Shown here one piece after another: positions 25,410 through 33,591 of a stretch of 33,591 nucleotides of DNA. The notes beneath the pieces were generated by a model. That model was not told the origin of the DNA and searched no databases. It saw only the letters and a program-made list of their open reading frames with translations. Position numbers and translations under genes: made by a program. This DNA comes from a bacterium (GTDB lineage Bacteria > JADJOY01): NCBI GenBank assembly GCA_046331705.1, contig JAXLQJ010000028.1, forward strand, positions 62,001 to 95,591. Direction: 5' to 3'. Every line of letters begins with the position of its first letter. Within the stretch, counting starts at the first letter, position 1.

Positions 25410-27641
25410 TCAATCGAACGTGTACGCCAGCGGACGCGCTCGCCAGGGGCCGTGGCGCGCCGTCGCCTCCCACGAGAGGTCCCAAGAGGGCTCCCACGCG
25501 ATCAGATCGGTGGTGACCACCCGCGCATCGGCGCCGACGCGAACCACGACTCGTTCCCGGCCACCGACGTCCACGACGCGAACGCCGCGGCCGGCGCTCG
25601 CCTCCAGCACCGCGCTCGGCAGGTTCGCGATCGCGAGCCACACGAGCGGGCCGTGGCGCAACGCCACCAGCGCCGACTCCGGCCCGTGCCAGGACGCGCC
25701 GAGCGACGTCACGATGGCATCGTCGAGGTCGGTCAGGTCGACGTCCACGGCCCCGGCATCCGCACCGGCGTCCACGGCGCTCGCCGCGCGCAGGAAATCG
25801 TCGCGGCCGTGAAGCGGGCGCGACAGGTCGAGCACCAACGCCACCGCACGCGAATCGCGGGCCGCGAGCGGTAGCTGGTCGGGATCGCCGCCGTGCGCGC
25901 GCGCGAGCGCCGAGAGCCCTGGCGGCACCAGCTCGCCGCCGACGCCGAGCAGCCGCAACATGCGGTCGGAAGGCGAGACCGTGAAGTCGCGGAACCGCGG
26001 CTGACGGCCCGCGGCGGCGAGGCTCGCGATCGACGCACCCGGTCCGCCGAACGACGCCCCACCGAGATCGGGAAGCCAGGCGAGCGCCGTGGTGACGGCG
26101 CGATCGACGGCGACGTGCTCGACGAGCTCCGGCGCCGATCGCGGCGTCCCCTTGCCGTCCCACTCGGCGTAGAGCGAAGGCAAGCGAGGATCCACGGGGA
26201 AGCGCGCGCGCTTCGCGAGCGTGACCGCGACTGCCGAGAGCGCCACCGCCACCGCGAGCACGACGAGCGCACGACGGCGCGAGCGCGGATCCACGAGCCG
26301 GCGCGCTCCGGCCACGGCGAGCACGTAGAGCGGCGGCAGCAACGGCAAGATCGTGCCGCTCTTGGCGCGATCGACCCAGTTGGCCTGCGCGAGCAGCGGC
26401 GGCAGCGCGAGGACCGCCGGCATGCACTGCAGCAGCACGCGACGGGCGTCGTTGCGCGCCGCGCAGACGAACCCCACGGCGGCGAGCCCGATGGCCAGGA
26501 GCCCGTGCCGCGCGAGCAGCTCGGCGGGGAACCGCAGCAGCGCCGGCAGCGCGCGATGCGGATCGCGATAGAGCTCCGGCGCGAAGGGCCAGTTGAGCAG
26601 CCCGTGCCAGTCGAAGCACGCCGGCCCGATGCAATGGCGCACGCTCGGGTACTTCTGGAACGACTCGAACGACGCCGGCTGGTCTCCGAACAGCATCGCG
26701 CCGTGCGCGAGCACGCTCGGCAGCAGCGCCCACCCGAGCCCCACGGCGTAACGTCGCGCCACCGCGCGCCACTCGGCGCGCGGCCACAGCACCAGCGGCA
26801 ACGCAAGCGCCGCGGGGAGGAGGTGATGAGAGACCGCCACGGCGAGCCCGGCGAGCGCGCCCACCCACGCGGGCCGATCCCGCCCGATCCCGATGGCGAG
26901 CGCCAGCACCGTGACGACGAGCGCGTAGCTCGTGAGGTTGGGGTTCGGATGCCGGATGGCGAGCGCGAACGGGCTGCCCGCCACGCACGCGGCGAGCGCC
27001 AGCGCCCAGGCCGGTCGCGCCCACAGCGCTCTGCCGAGCCCATATCCCGCCAAGCTCGCGAGCGCGCCCTCGACCCCCATCGCCCACCTCGGGCCGAACG
27101 CCTCGAGGGTCGCGACGTGGGTCGCGAGCAGCGCGACCGCGCCTTCGTTCTGGCCGAAGCGCGCCATGAGCGTGAGGTTCTTCCCCACCATCGAAGCCGG
27201 CAGGTCGGGCGCGTAGCCGCTCAGGAAGTCGGTGAGCGCGATCAGCGCCGAGGCGGGCATGCAGTGGTGCTGGGTGAACGTCAGCGAATCGAATCGCGCC
27301 ATCCACGTCGCCCCGGCCGTCACGGCGAGGGTCAGCGCCGCGAGATCCGCCCGCGTCCACGCGCGCGCGCGCTGCACGGGCGTGCCGCGGGTGCGCCACC
27401 ACGTGAGCCCGCAGGTCGCGAGCGCGGCGACCACCAGCACCGTGCGATCGAGGTGCAGCGGCAGCGCGAGCCCGACGAGCGCGCTCAGCGTCCAGCCACC
27501 CCAGCCGACGCAGAGCAAGCCCAGCGCGATCGCGAACGCGAGGCGTGGCGCCGCTTCCGCATCCGCCGCCAATCGCCGCGCCAGGAACATCCCGGGCGCG
27601 ACGATCACCGCCGCCCACGAGAGGACGAAGACGACGATCAC
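25410..27641 (-). CDS. Uncharacterised polytopic membrane protein (LNWPF family, possibly GT-C fold), paralog 2
   Basis: 743 aa with many TM helices. GGGGGA RBS-like sequence before GTG 27641. Motifs shared with 17478-19631. Confidence 0.75.
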   Translation of the reverse strand: MIVVFVLSWAAVIVAPGMFLARRLAADAEAAPRLAFAIALGLLCVGWGGWTLSALVGLALPLHLDRTVLVVAALATCGLTWWRTRGTPVQRARAWTRADLAALTLAVTAGATWMARFDSLTFTQHHCMPASALIALTDFLSGYAPDLPASMVGKNLTLMARFGQNEGAVALLATHVATLEAFGPRWAMGVEGALASLAGYGLGRALWARPAWALALAACVAGSPFALAIRHPNPNLTSYALVVTVLALAIGIGRDRPAWVGALAGLAVAVSHHLLPAALALPLVLWPRAEWRAVARRYAVGLGWALLPSVLAHGAMLFGDQPASFESFQKYPSVRHCIGPACFDWHGLLNWPFAPELYRDPHRALPALLRFPAELLARHGLLAIGLAAVGFVCAARNDARRVLLQCMPAVLALPPLLAQANWVDRAKSGTILPLLPPLYVLAVAGARRLVDPRSRRRALVVLAVAVALSAVAVTLAKRARFPVDPRLPSLYAEWDGKGTPRSAPELVEHVAVDRAVTTALAWLPDLGGASFGGPGASIASLAAAGRQPRFRDFTVSPSDRMLRLLGVGGELVPPGLSALARAHGGDPDQLPLAARDSRAVALVLDLSRPLHGRDDFLRAASAVDAGADAGAVDVDLTDLDDAIVTSLGASWHGPESALVALRHGPLVWLAIANLPSAVLEASAGRGVRVVDVGGRERVVVRVGADARVVTTDLIAWEPSWDLSWEATARHGPWRARPLAYTFD

Positions 27642-27704
27642 GTCGATCCCCCGCGCGCGCGGCGGCGGAAGCGCTGGCGCTGGGCGAACCGCCGGCGCGA
27701 CGGC

Positions 27705-29066
27705 TCAGCGCCGCGGCGGCGAGGGCGGCGGCAGCGAGTGGAAGGACTGGGGGCGACCACGCACGAGGGCGTTATACACGCAGTCCGTCACGTAGCCTGC
27801 CGGCGTGAGGTAGTACTTGGTGCAGTTGCGCGCCTCGGCGTAGTCCATTCGCTCCGCGTCGAGGAACTTCTCGACGAAGATCCCGACCACCCCGCGCGCG
27901 GCGCCGCGGCCCGCTCGCCAGCCCAGGATCGAGCCGGCGGCGCGCGCGGCGGCGGCGCCCTTGCGCCAATGACGCAGCGCCGCGCCCGGGCTCGTGAGCC
28001 GATTGAGCGCCACGTAGTCGCCCGCGCGACCGACGGCGAAGGTACCGAGCAGGCAGGTTCGAGCGCTGGCGGCGAAGGAACGCTTGCGCAGCACGAATCC
28101 CGCCCAGCGTCCGACGGTCTGCCACTTCCGCGCCGCGTCCACGAAGTCGTCCTTGGTGACGCGACCGCCGGTCTGCTCGCCCACACGATCGAGGAAACGC
28201 GCCAGATCGAAGTCGCGGCTCGTGCCCGCGCCGAGCGCGCTGCGCCCCAGGTTGGCCACCGGCAAGAACGAGACCTGCGCGACGTGCTCGCTCTCGAGCC
28301 CGAGCTGGATCATGCGCCCGACGTGATCGTCGTTGAGCCCCTCGACCACCGTCGCCACCAGCACCACCTGGATGCCGGCCTCGCCCAGCAGCCGGATCAG
28401 CTCGAGCTTGCGCGCGGTGAGCCCCTCGTGCCCGCGCAGGACCGCGTGCACGCGGTCGTCGAGACCGTCGAATTGGAGCACCACCGAGCGCAGCCCGGCG
28501 GCCCGGAATCGGTCCACCATGGCGCGATCGACGACGTGACCGTTGGTGTTGAGCTTGACCGCGAAGCCCGCGCCGCGCAGCCATTCGAGCAGCTCGGGCA
28601 GATCCTTGCGCAGCGTGGGCTCGCCGCCGATGACCGAGATCTCCGGCGGGTTCGGCAGGCGTGCCAGCCGTTCACACTCCGCGCGAATGAGCTCGAGCGG
28701 AAGCCCACCCTGCACGTCGGGTGACGACTGGGAGAAGCACGCGGGACACGTGTAGTTGCAGCGCTCGGTGACGTCGATCTTGATCTCGGTCGCCGGCGGG
28801 GGCGCGCCGCCGAGCGGCGTGAAGACCGAGCCGCTGCGTGTGGCTTGGCCGTGATCGATCACCCGCCGCAACCGCTCGTGGAAGGCCGCGTCGCGCTTGT
28901 GGAGCACGCGCTCCTCGCCGCAGCGTGGGCAGCGGCGCACGAGGTACCAATCCCCGTCCTGCTCGACCAGCTCCGCGGGGCAGAGCGTGCCGCAGCGCGG
29001 GCAGGGGCTCTCGGTGGCGCGCCGCGCTCCGCTCACCTCGTGGCGCGGTTCGCGCGCCGCCGTCAC
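27705..29066 (-). CDS. Radical SAM protein, tetraether-synthase (Tes/GDGT-MAS)-like, paralog 2
   Basis: TESPCPRC..ELVEQDG..RRCPRCG, IDVTERCNYTCPACFS, GGEPT, LQFDG and EKF..NCTKYY..DCVYN. GTG 29066 overlaps the upstream TGA. Confidence 0.85.
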   Translation of the reverse strand: MTAAREPRHEVSGARRATESPCPRCGTLCPAELVEQDGDWYLVRRCPRCGEERVLHKRDAAFHERLRRVIDHGQATRSGSVFTPLGGAPPPATEIKIDVTERCNYTCPACFSQSSPDVQGGLPLELIRAECERLARLPNPPEISVIGGEPTLRKDLPELLEWLRGAGFAVKLNTNGHVVDRAMVDRFRAAGLRSVVLQFDGLDDRVHAVLRGHEGLTARKLELIRLLGEAGIQVVLVATVVEGLNDDHVGRMIQLGLESEHVAQVSFLPVANLGRSALGAGTSRDFDLARFLDRVGEQTGGRVTKDDFVDAARKWQTVGRWAGFVLRKRSFAASARTCLLGTFAVGRAGDYVALNRLTSPGAALRHWRKGAAAARAAGSILGWRAGRGAARGVVGIFVEKFLDAERMDYAEARNCTKYYLTPAGYVTDCVYNALVRGRPQSFHSLPPPSPPRR

Positions 29067-30763
29067 GGCGCCTCGGACGCGGCCACGTGCGCGAACGGGG
29101 CCGCCCCCAGCATCGCGGGCTCGGTCGCCGGCGCATCCTCGCCGCGCTGCTCCACGTGCGGACGCGGCGCGACGCCGGTGCGAAGTCGCGCCGACTCGGG
29201 TTGCCGAAACGGCAGCCGCGCCGTGCCCCGCCGGAAGCCCGGCCAGACGCGACGCACCAGATAGGTCGCGTAACGCTCGGGCGTGCGGATCGCTTCGAAC
29301 CGCTCCATCCGCTCGTGCCCGCGCTTGCCGCGCGCGCGCCACCACTCGCGGATCCGACCCGCGTAGCCCACGACCGCCCACACCGCCGTGTAGCCCGGAT
29401 GCGGCAGGAACCGATAGCGACGCTTCGCCGCGAACCAGCGAATGATCCCCGCGGGCAGGTACGGCGTCAGCACGAACAGCATGCCGAGCTTGCGAATCGC
29501 CGCCTCGGTCCGATAGCCGCCGAGCGCGACCCGCTGCACGGATTCTCCATCCAGGATCCGCTCCACCGCGGCGTGGTCGAGCAAGCCCTGCTCGCGCGCG
29601 ATGTCGAGCACCGCGGTCCCTGGATAGTAGGCGCAGTAGAACGCGTTCACCTCCGCGGGCGGATCGTCGACCAGGTCGAGCAGCGAGCGCACCAGACCGG
29701 CCTCGGTCTCGAGCGGCAGATTGAGGATGACGTCCAGCCCCAGGGGCACGTCGTACTGGCGTGCCAGCCGCAGCGAGCGCCGTACCTCTTCGTCGCTCTC
29801 GCCGCGGTAGGCGACGCGGCTGCGCACCTGTGGATCGAACGACTGCACTCCCACCTCGAGCGAGCGGCAGCCGGCGTCGGCCAAGGCCTTCACCACGTGC
29901 TCGTGGATCGTGTCGGGGCGAGCCAGGCAGAAGAACGGCAGGCCGATCGTGTCGCGGTAGCTCGCGCAGAATTCCTCCACCCACGGCCAGCTCTCGGTGA
30001 AGGTCTCGTCCTCGAAGCGCACCGAACGCGGCGACAAGTGCTCCTTCGCCTGGCTCAGCTCGTCGATGACGTTGGCGACCGACCGCTGCCGCACGTACTG
30101 GCTGTTGGGCAGCCGGTAGAGCCGCTTGCCGTGCCAGTGATGGCAGAACGAGCACGAGTACGAGCAGCCGCGCTGCGCCATGATCGGATAGCCGAACTGG
30201 AAGCCGCGCGCCTCGGCGAGGTAGAGGTTCTTGTTCGGAAACGGCAAGGTGTCGAGATCGGCGATCAGCGGGCGCACCGGATTGACCTGCACCTCGCCCG
30301 TGCCCGGTTTCCGGAACGCGAGGTTCTGGATGGCGGCGGTGGGGGCGCCGCTCGCGAGCGCGTCGACGAGCTCCACGATGGCGTCCTCGCCCTCGCCCCG
30401 GATCACGAAGTCGATCTCGGGGTTGCGCAGCACGCGCTCGGGAACCGCCGTGGGATGGACGCCGCCCAGGACGATGGGCACGTCCCGGCGGCGCTTCACC
30501 TTGCGCGCCAGCCGCAGCGCCCACGGAAATGCCGGGCTCAGCACGCCGAGGCCGACCAGATCGGGCTCGAGCGCCGCGATCCGATCGGCGATCCGATCGG
30601 AGGAATCGAGCAGGCGAGCCAGCGTCGGGAACGAGACGAACCCGTCGTTGAAGAGCACCGGGTCGAAGGCGAGGCTGACGCGATGGCCCGCCCGCTCGAG
30701 CACCGCCGCGAGGTACTCGATCCCCAGGTTCTCGAAAGCGGCGAACGCGAGCACGACGTGCAT
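29063..30763 (-). CDS. Cobalamin-binding radical SAM protein (class B)
   Basis: ENLGIEYLAA, IVLGGVHPT, RGEGE, QRGCSYSCSFC and GVQS motifs. ATG 30763 is preceded by GAGAGGA; GTG 30787 is an alternative. Confidence 0.92.
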   Translation of the reverse strand: MHVVLAFAAFENLGIEYLAAVLERAGHRVSLAFDPVLFNDGFVSFPTLARLLDSSDRIADRIAALEPDLVGLGVLSPAFPWALRLARKVKRRRDVPIVLGGVHPTAVPERVLRNPEIDFVIRGEGEDAIVELVDALASGAPTAAIQNLAFRKPGTGEVQVNPVRPLIADLDTLPFPNKNLYLAEARGFQFGYPIMAQRGCSYSCSFCHHWHGKRLYRLPNSQYVRQRSVANVIDELSQAKEHLSPRSVRFEDETFTESWPWVEEFCASYRDTIGLPFFCLARPDTIHEHVVKALADAGCRSLEVGVQSFDPQVRSRVAYRGESDEEVRRSLRLARQYDVPLGLDVILNLPLETEAGLVRSLLDLVDDPPAEVNAFYCAYYPGTAVLDIAREQGLLDHAAVERILDGESVQRVALGGYRTEAAIRKLGMLFVLTPYLPAGIIRWFAAKRRYRFLPHPGYTAVWAVVGYAGRIREWWRARGKRGHERMERFEAIRTPERYATYLVRRVWPGFRRGTARLPFRQPESARLRTGVAPRPHVEQRGEDAPATEPAMLGAAPFAHVAASEAP

Positions 30764-30783
30764 GGGATTCCTCTCGACGTGCG

Positions 30784-32211
30784 TCACTCGCGGAAGTACG
30801 TGCGGTACTGGCGCAGCAGATCCGGGGCCTCGCGCACCAGCTCGGGAAAGCTCTTACCCGAGCGCTCGCCGTAGCCCAAGGCCTGCCCCAGAAAGAAGAG
30901 CGCGAGGTAGAGCGGCCCGAGATCGTGCCGGGCGAGGCGCTCGATCGTCGGGATGAACCACGGGAAGCGCACGCCCACGGCGAAGAGCTTCTGGACGCGC
31001 AGCACGGCGTCGATCTCGTCGCCGCCGACGTAGCGGCCGTGAAACGAGCGGAACTCGCCCTCGGTGGCCGCGAGCTCCACCAGGCCGCGCTCGAGGCCCT
31101 GCTCGGTGAGCTCGAGCCCGCGGTAGGGCTGGAACACGAAGCCGAGCACCGATTGCGGACGGATGCGGGCGTTGAGCCGCACCGTGTCGAGCGCGTCGGC
31201 GAGCGTCTCGCCGGGAGCACCGAAGATGTTGGTGGTGTGGAACTCGATGCCGGCCGCGTGCAGCGCCTGGGCGCAGCGGACGATCTGATCGTCGGACACG
31301 TACTTCTTGAGGAGGCGGCGACGCAGCTCGGCGTTGCCGCTCTCGACCCCGAACGAGACCTGGTAGCAGCCCGCGCTGGCCAGGTGCCGCGCCACCTCGG
31401 GCGTGAGGGTCTGCGCCACCACGTTGCAGCGAAACGGCAGCGCGACCCGCCGCGCGTAGACCTCGAGGAACTCGTCGAGCCAGCGCGCCGACCAGTTGAA
31501 GACGTCGTCGTAGAAGTGGACCCGCTCGAGACCGTAGCGGGCGCGGACCTCGAGGATCTCGTCGCACACCGCGTCCGGCGAACGGAAACGAAGGTAGTTC
31601 TCGGGGTCGGGATGCAGCGATTTGTAGCCTTCGTTGAAGCAGAAAGTGCACTTGTACGGGCACCCGCGCCCTGCGATGAAGGGCTTGATCGAGTTCTCGC
31701 GCAAGAACGGATGAGCGTCGTAGTAGAGCCGCCGATCCGGCCACGGCAGTGCGTCCAGATCCGCGAGAAACGGCCCGAGCGCGTTGTGCCGCACGGCGCC
31801 GCCGGCCTCGCGCCAGGACAGGTTCGGTGTGCTCCCGGGGTCCTCGCGCCGCTCCAACGCGTCGCAGAGCGCAGGCAGCGCCTCCTCGCCCTCGCCGCGC
31901 ACGAGCCAGTCGTAGGCCTCGTCGCGGATGACGTCCGGACAGAACGTGGGATGAGGACCGCCGAGGACGATCGGCACCCGCGGCAGCGCTTCGCGCAACG
32001 CGGCGACGACGCGCCGGGTCCAAGGCAACCGGATCGTCGGCACGCTGAAGCCGACGAGATCGGGGCGAGCCGCACGCACCTGCTCGACGACCCGCGCCAC
32101 CTCGAAGCCGACGATCGCCGTGCTGCGATGCCCGCGCGGCGCGAGCGCCGCAGCGAGGCTCATCAGCCCGATCTGCTCGAAGTAGAGATCCTGGACGAAG
32201 ACGACGTGCAT
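30784..32211 (-). CDS. Cobalamin-binding radical SAM protein (class B)
   Basis: EQIGLMSLAA, IVLGGPHPT, RGEGE, GRGCPYKCTFCFN, FYDDVF, FGVESG and GAPGET motifs. Start ATG 32211. Confidence 0.93.
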   Translation of the reverse strand: MHVVFVQDLYFEQIGLMSLAAALAPRGHRSTAIVGFEVARVVEQVRAARPDLVGFSVPTIRLPWTRRVVAALREALPRVPIVLGGPHPTFCPDVIRDEAYDWLVRGEGEEALPALCDALERREDPGSTPNLSWREAGGAVRHNALGPFLADLDALPWPDRRLYYDAHPFLRENSIKPFIAGRGCPYKCTFCFNEGYKSLHPDPENYLRFRSPDAVCDEILEVRARYGLERVHFYDDVFNWSARWLDEFLEVYARRVALPFRCNVVAQTLTPEVARHLASAGCYQVSFGVESGNAELRRRLLKKYVSDDQIVRCAQALHAAGIEFHTTNIFGAPGETLADALDTVRLNARIRPQSVLGFVFQPYRGLELTEQGLERGLVELAATEGEFRSFHGRYVGGDEIDAVLRVQKLFAVGVRFPWFIPTIERLARHDLGPLYLALFFLGQALGYGERSGKSFPELVREAPDLLRQYRTYFRE

Positions 32212-32253
32212 GCGAAGGGCGCGAAGGGAACTCGATCTTAGCGCAACGGCGGT

Positions 32254-32261
32254 CTTATACT
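32254..32261. promoter_or_regulatory. Overlapping divergent -10-like hexamers (TATACT on +, TATAAG on -)
   Basis: AT-rich island in the divergent gap 32212-32454. Confidence 0.33.
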
Positions 32262-32454
32262 TCGTCGCCTCCCGATCGCCGCGCCCGAGCCCGTTCTTGG
32301 TGCCCGCCACTTCGAGTCGCACGCCTCGCACGCGCGCCGACCGCTGCATCGACGCCGCTTCGACCCGGCCGCGTGCCGCGTGGCTCGCCGCGCGCGCGCC
32401 GCGCCGCCCCGCCTCGCCACGCCCGTTCTCGCGAAGTGCATCCGGAGCCCCGCC

Positions 32455-33591
32455 ATGCGCGTCCTGCTGGTGAACCCGACGGTCCTCGACAACCCGCTGG
32501 TCGAGCCCAACCTCTCGCTCGGTTACCTGGCGACGGCCTTGCGCGCCGCCGGACACGAGCCCGTGATCCTCGACGAGCTCAAGAAGCCCGCGCATCGGCC
32601 GCGCGATCTACGCACGTATCTCGAGCAGCAGCGCTTCGACGCCGCAGGCGTCCACGTCTACGCGATGAACGCGCTCAAGGCGCGCGCGATCCTGCGGACC
32701 TTCCGCGAGGTCAACCCGCGCGGCGTCACGCTGCTCGGAGGCCCGTACGTGGCCGCCACTCCCGAGGCCGCGATGAACGTGGTGCCCGAGGCCGACTACG
32801 GCTTCCACGCGGAGGGAGAGCGCGGCGTGCCGCGGCTCCTGGATCGCCTCGCGGCAGGCGCCTTGGGCGACCCCACCACCGTCGAGAACCTGGTGTGGCG
32901 CGACGGCGACCACGTGTGCTTCGGGCCCAAGGTCTTCGAACCCAACCTGGACGCGCTGGGCGTGCCCGCCTGGGACCTCATCGCGCCGGCGCACTACAGC
33001 ATGAGCCCGCTCGGCATCTTCACCCAGCGATTGCCGCTGGCGACGATGATCACGAGTCGCGGCTGCCCGTACCCCTGTAATTTCTGCACCATCAAGTCGA
33101 TCACGGGCAATCGCACCCGCCGCCGCAGCGTGGCGCACGTGCTCGACGAGATCCGGTTGCTCAAGCGCGAGCACGGGGTGCGCGAGATCCACTTCGTCGA
33201 CGACCACATCCTCGGCAACCCGGACGGCAACCAGAAGGGACCGACCTGGCTGACCGAGCTGTGCGAGGCCATGGTGCGCGAGCGGATCGACGTCACCTGG
33301 ACGGTGCCGCAAGGAGTGCGCCTCGACGGCCTCGACGAGCCGCTGGTGCGGCTCATGGAGCGCGCCGGCTGCCACGCCATCGGCGTGGGCATCGAGAGCG
33401 GCAGCCAGCGGGTCCTCGACGCCATGGAGAAGAAGCTCGATCTCGCGACCATCCGCGAGAAGGTCGCGCTGGTTCGGCGCGCGACCAAGATCAAGGTCGA
33501 GGGCCTCGTGATGCTCGGCTACCCCGGCGAGACGCCCGAGGAGATCGACGCGACCATCCGCATGGTTCAGGCGCTGCCGCTCAGCTTCTGC
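32455..33591 (+). CDS. Cobalamin-binding radical SAM protein (class B), 3' truncated
   Basis: Not in the ORF track because it runs off the window end. My translation gives MRVLLVNP..PNLSLGYLATAL, LLGGPY, GEGE, TSRGCPYPCNFC, FVDD, GIESG and GYPGET. Confidence 0.92.
   Translation, partial: MRVLLVNPTVLDNPLVEPNLSLGYLATALRAAGHEPVILDELKKPAHRPRDLRTYLEQQRFDAAGVHVYAMNALKARAILRTFREVNPRGVTLLGGPYVAATPEAAMNVVPEADYGFHAEGERGVPRLLDRLAAGALGDPTTVENLVWRDGDHVCFGPKVFEPNLDALGVPAWDLIAPAHYSMSPLGIFTQRLPLATMITSRGCPYPCNFCTIKSITGNRTRRRSVAHVLDEIRLLKREHGVREIHFVDDHILGNPDGNQKGPTWLTELCEAMVRERIDVTWTVPQGVRLDGLDEPLVRLMERAGCHAIGVGIESGSQRVLDAMEKKLDLATIREKVALVRRATKIKVEGLVMLGYPGETPEEIDATIRMVQALPLSFC

Noticed and set aside
27642-27707. 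Tes-like paralog 2 is in frame with the downstream membrane protein, separated by a single TGA (possible readthrough or Sec fusion)
   Set aside because: One-in-three chance by frame alone. The downstream gene has its own RBS-like GGGGGA and GTG, and the TGA is not at a conserved Cys position.
27705-32075. 1456-aa ORF (and similarly the 1267-aa 23815-27618, 884-aa 9876-12530 and 599-aa 6049-7848 ORFs) as giant fusion proteins
   Set aside because: The N-terminal extensions are Arg/Ala/Gly/Pro-rich off-frame readings of upstream genes. The real starts are marked by family N-termini and, in most cases, ATGA/GTGA overlaps.
32212-32454. Cobalamin riboswitch between the divergent B12 radical SAM genes (AAGGGAA...GCAAC)
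   Set aside because: Spacing and downstream conserved elements do not match the riboswitch consensus.

Overview
Very GC-rich bacterial DNA (roughly 70% or more by eye) with about 22 tightly packed genes in four divergent blocks. I found no RNA genes, mobile elements or CRISPR arrays. The whole window looks like part of one large cell-envelope glycolipid or glycoconjugate biosynthesis and tailoring locus that runs off both ends. It contains nucleotide-sugar enzymes (Gfo/Idh/MocA, NAD epimerase, SDR), a GT2, an ArnT/PMT-like GT-C and a CE4-like deacetylase. Most tailoring families occur as paralog sets: 2 CmcH/NodU carbamoyltransferases, 2 membrane SGNH proteins, 2 membrane-anchored pentaheme cytochromes, 2 uncharacterised polytopic proteins sharing an LNWPF motif, 3 B12-dependent radical SAM enzymes, and 2 radical SAM enzymes resembling archaeal tetraether synthase (Tes/GDGT-MAS). 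Highlights: (i) the two Tes-like enzymes lack the N-terminal auxiliary-cluster motif, carry Glu at the position of the labile Met ligand, and sit in one same-strand gene run with B12 radical SAMs; (ii) a ferritin-like diiron protein with an SxtJ-like tail heads an sxtI/sxtK-like cassette; (iii) several enzymes have substituted catalytic residues (carbamoyltransferase HD->WN, SDR Y->S, degenerate PEP-synthase ATP-grasp domain). All family calls come from motif recognition by eye, without database searches.
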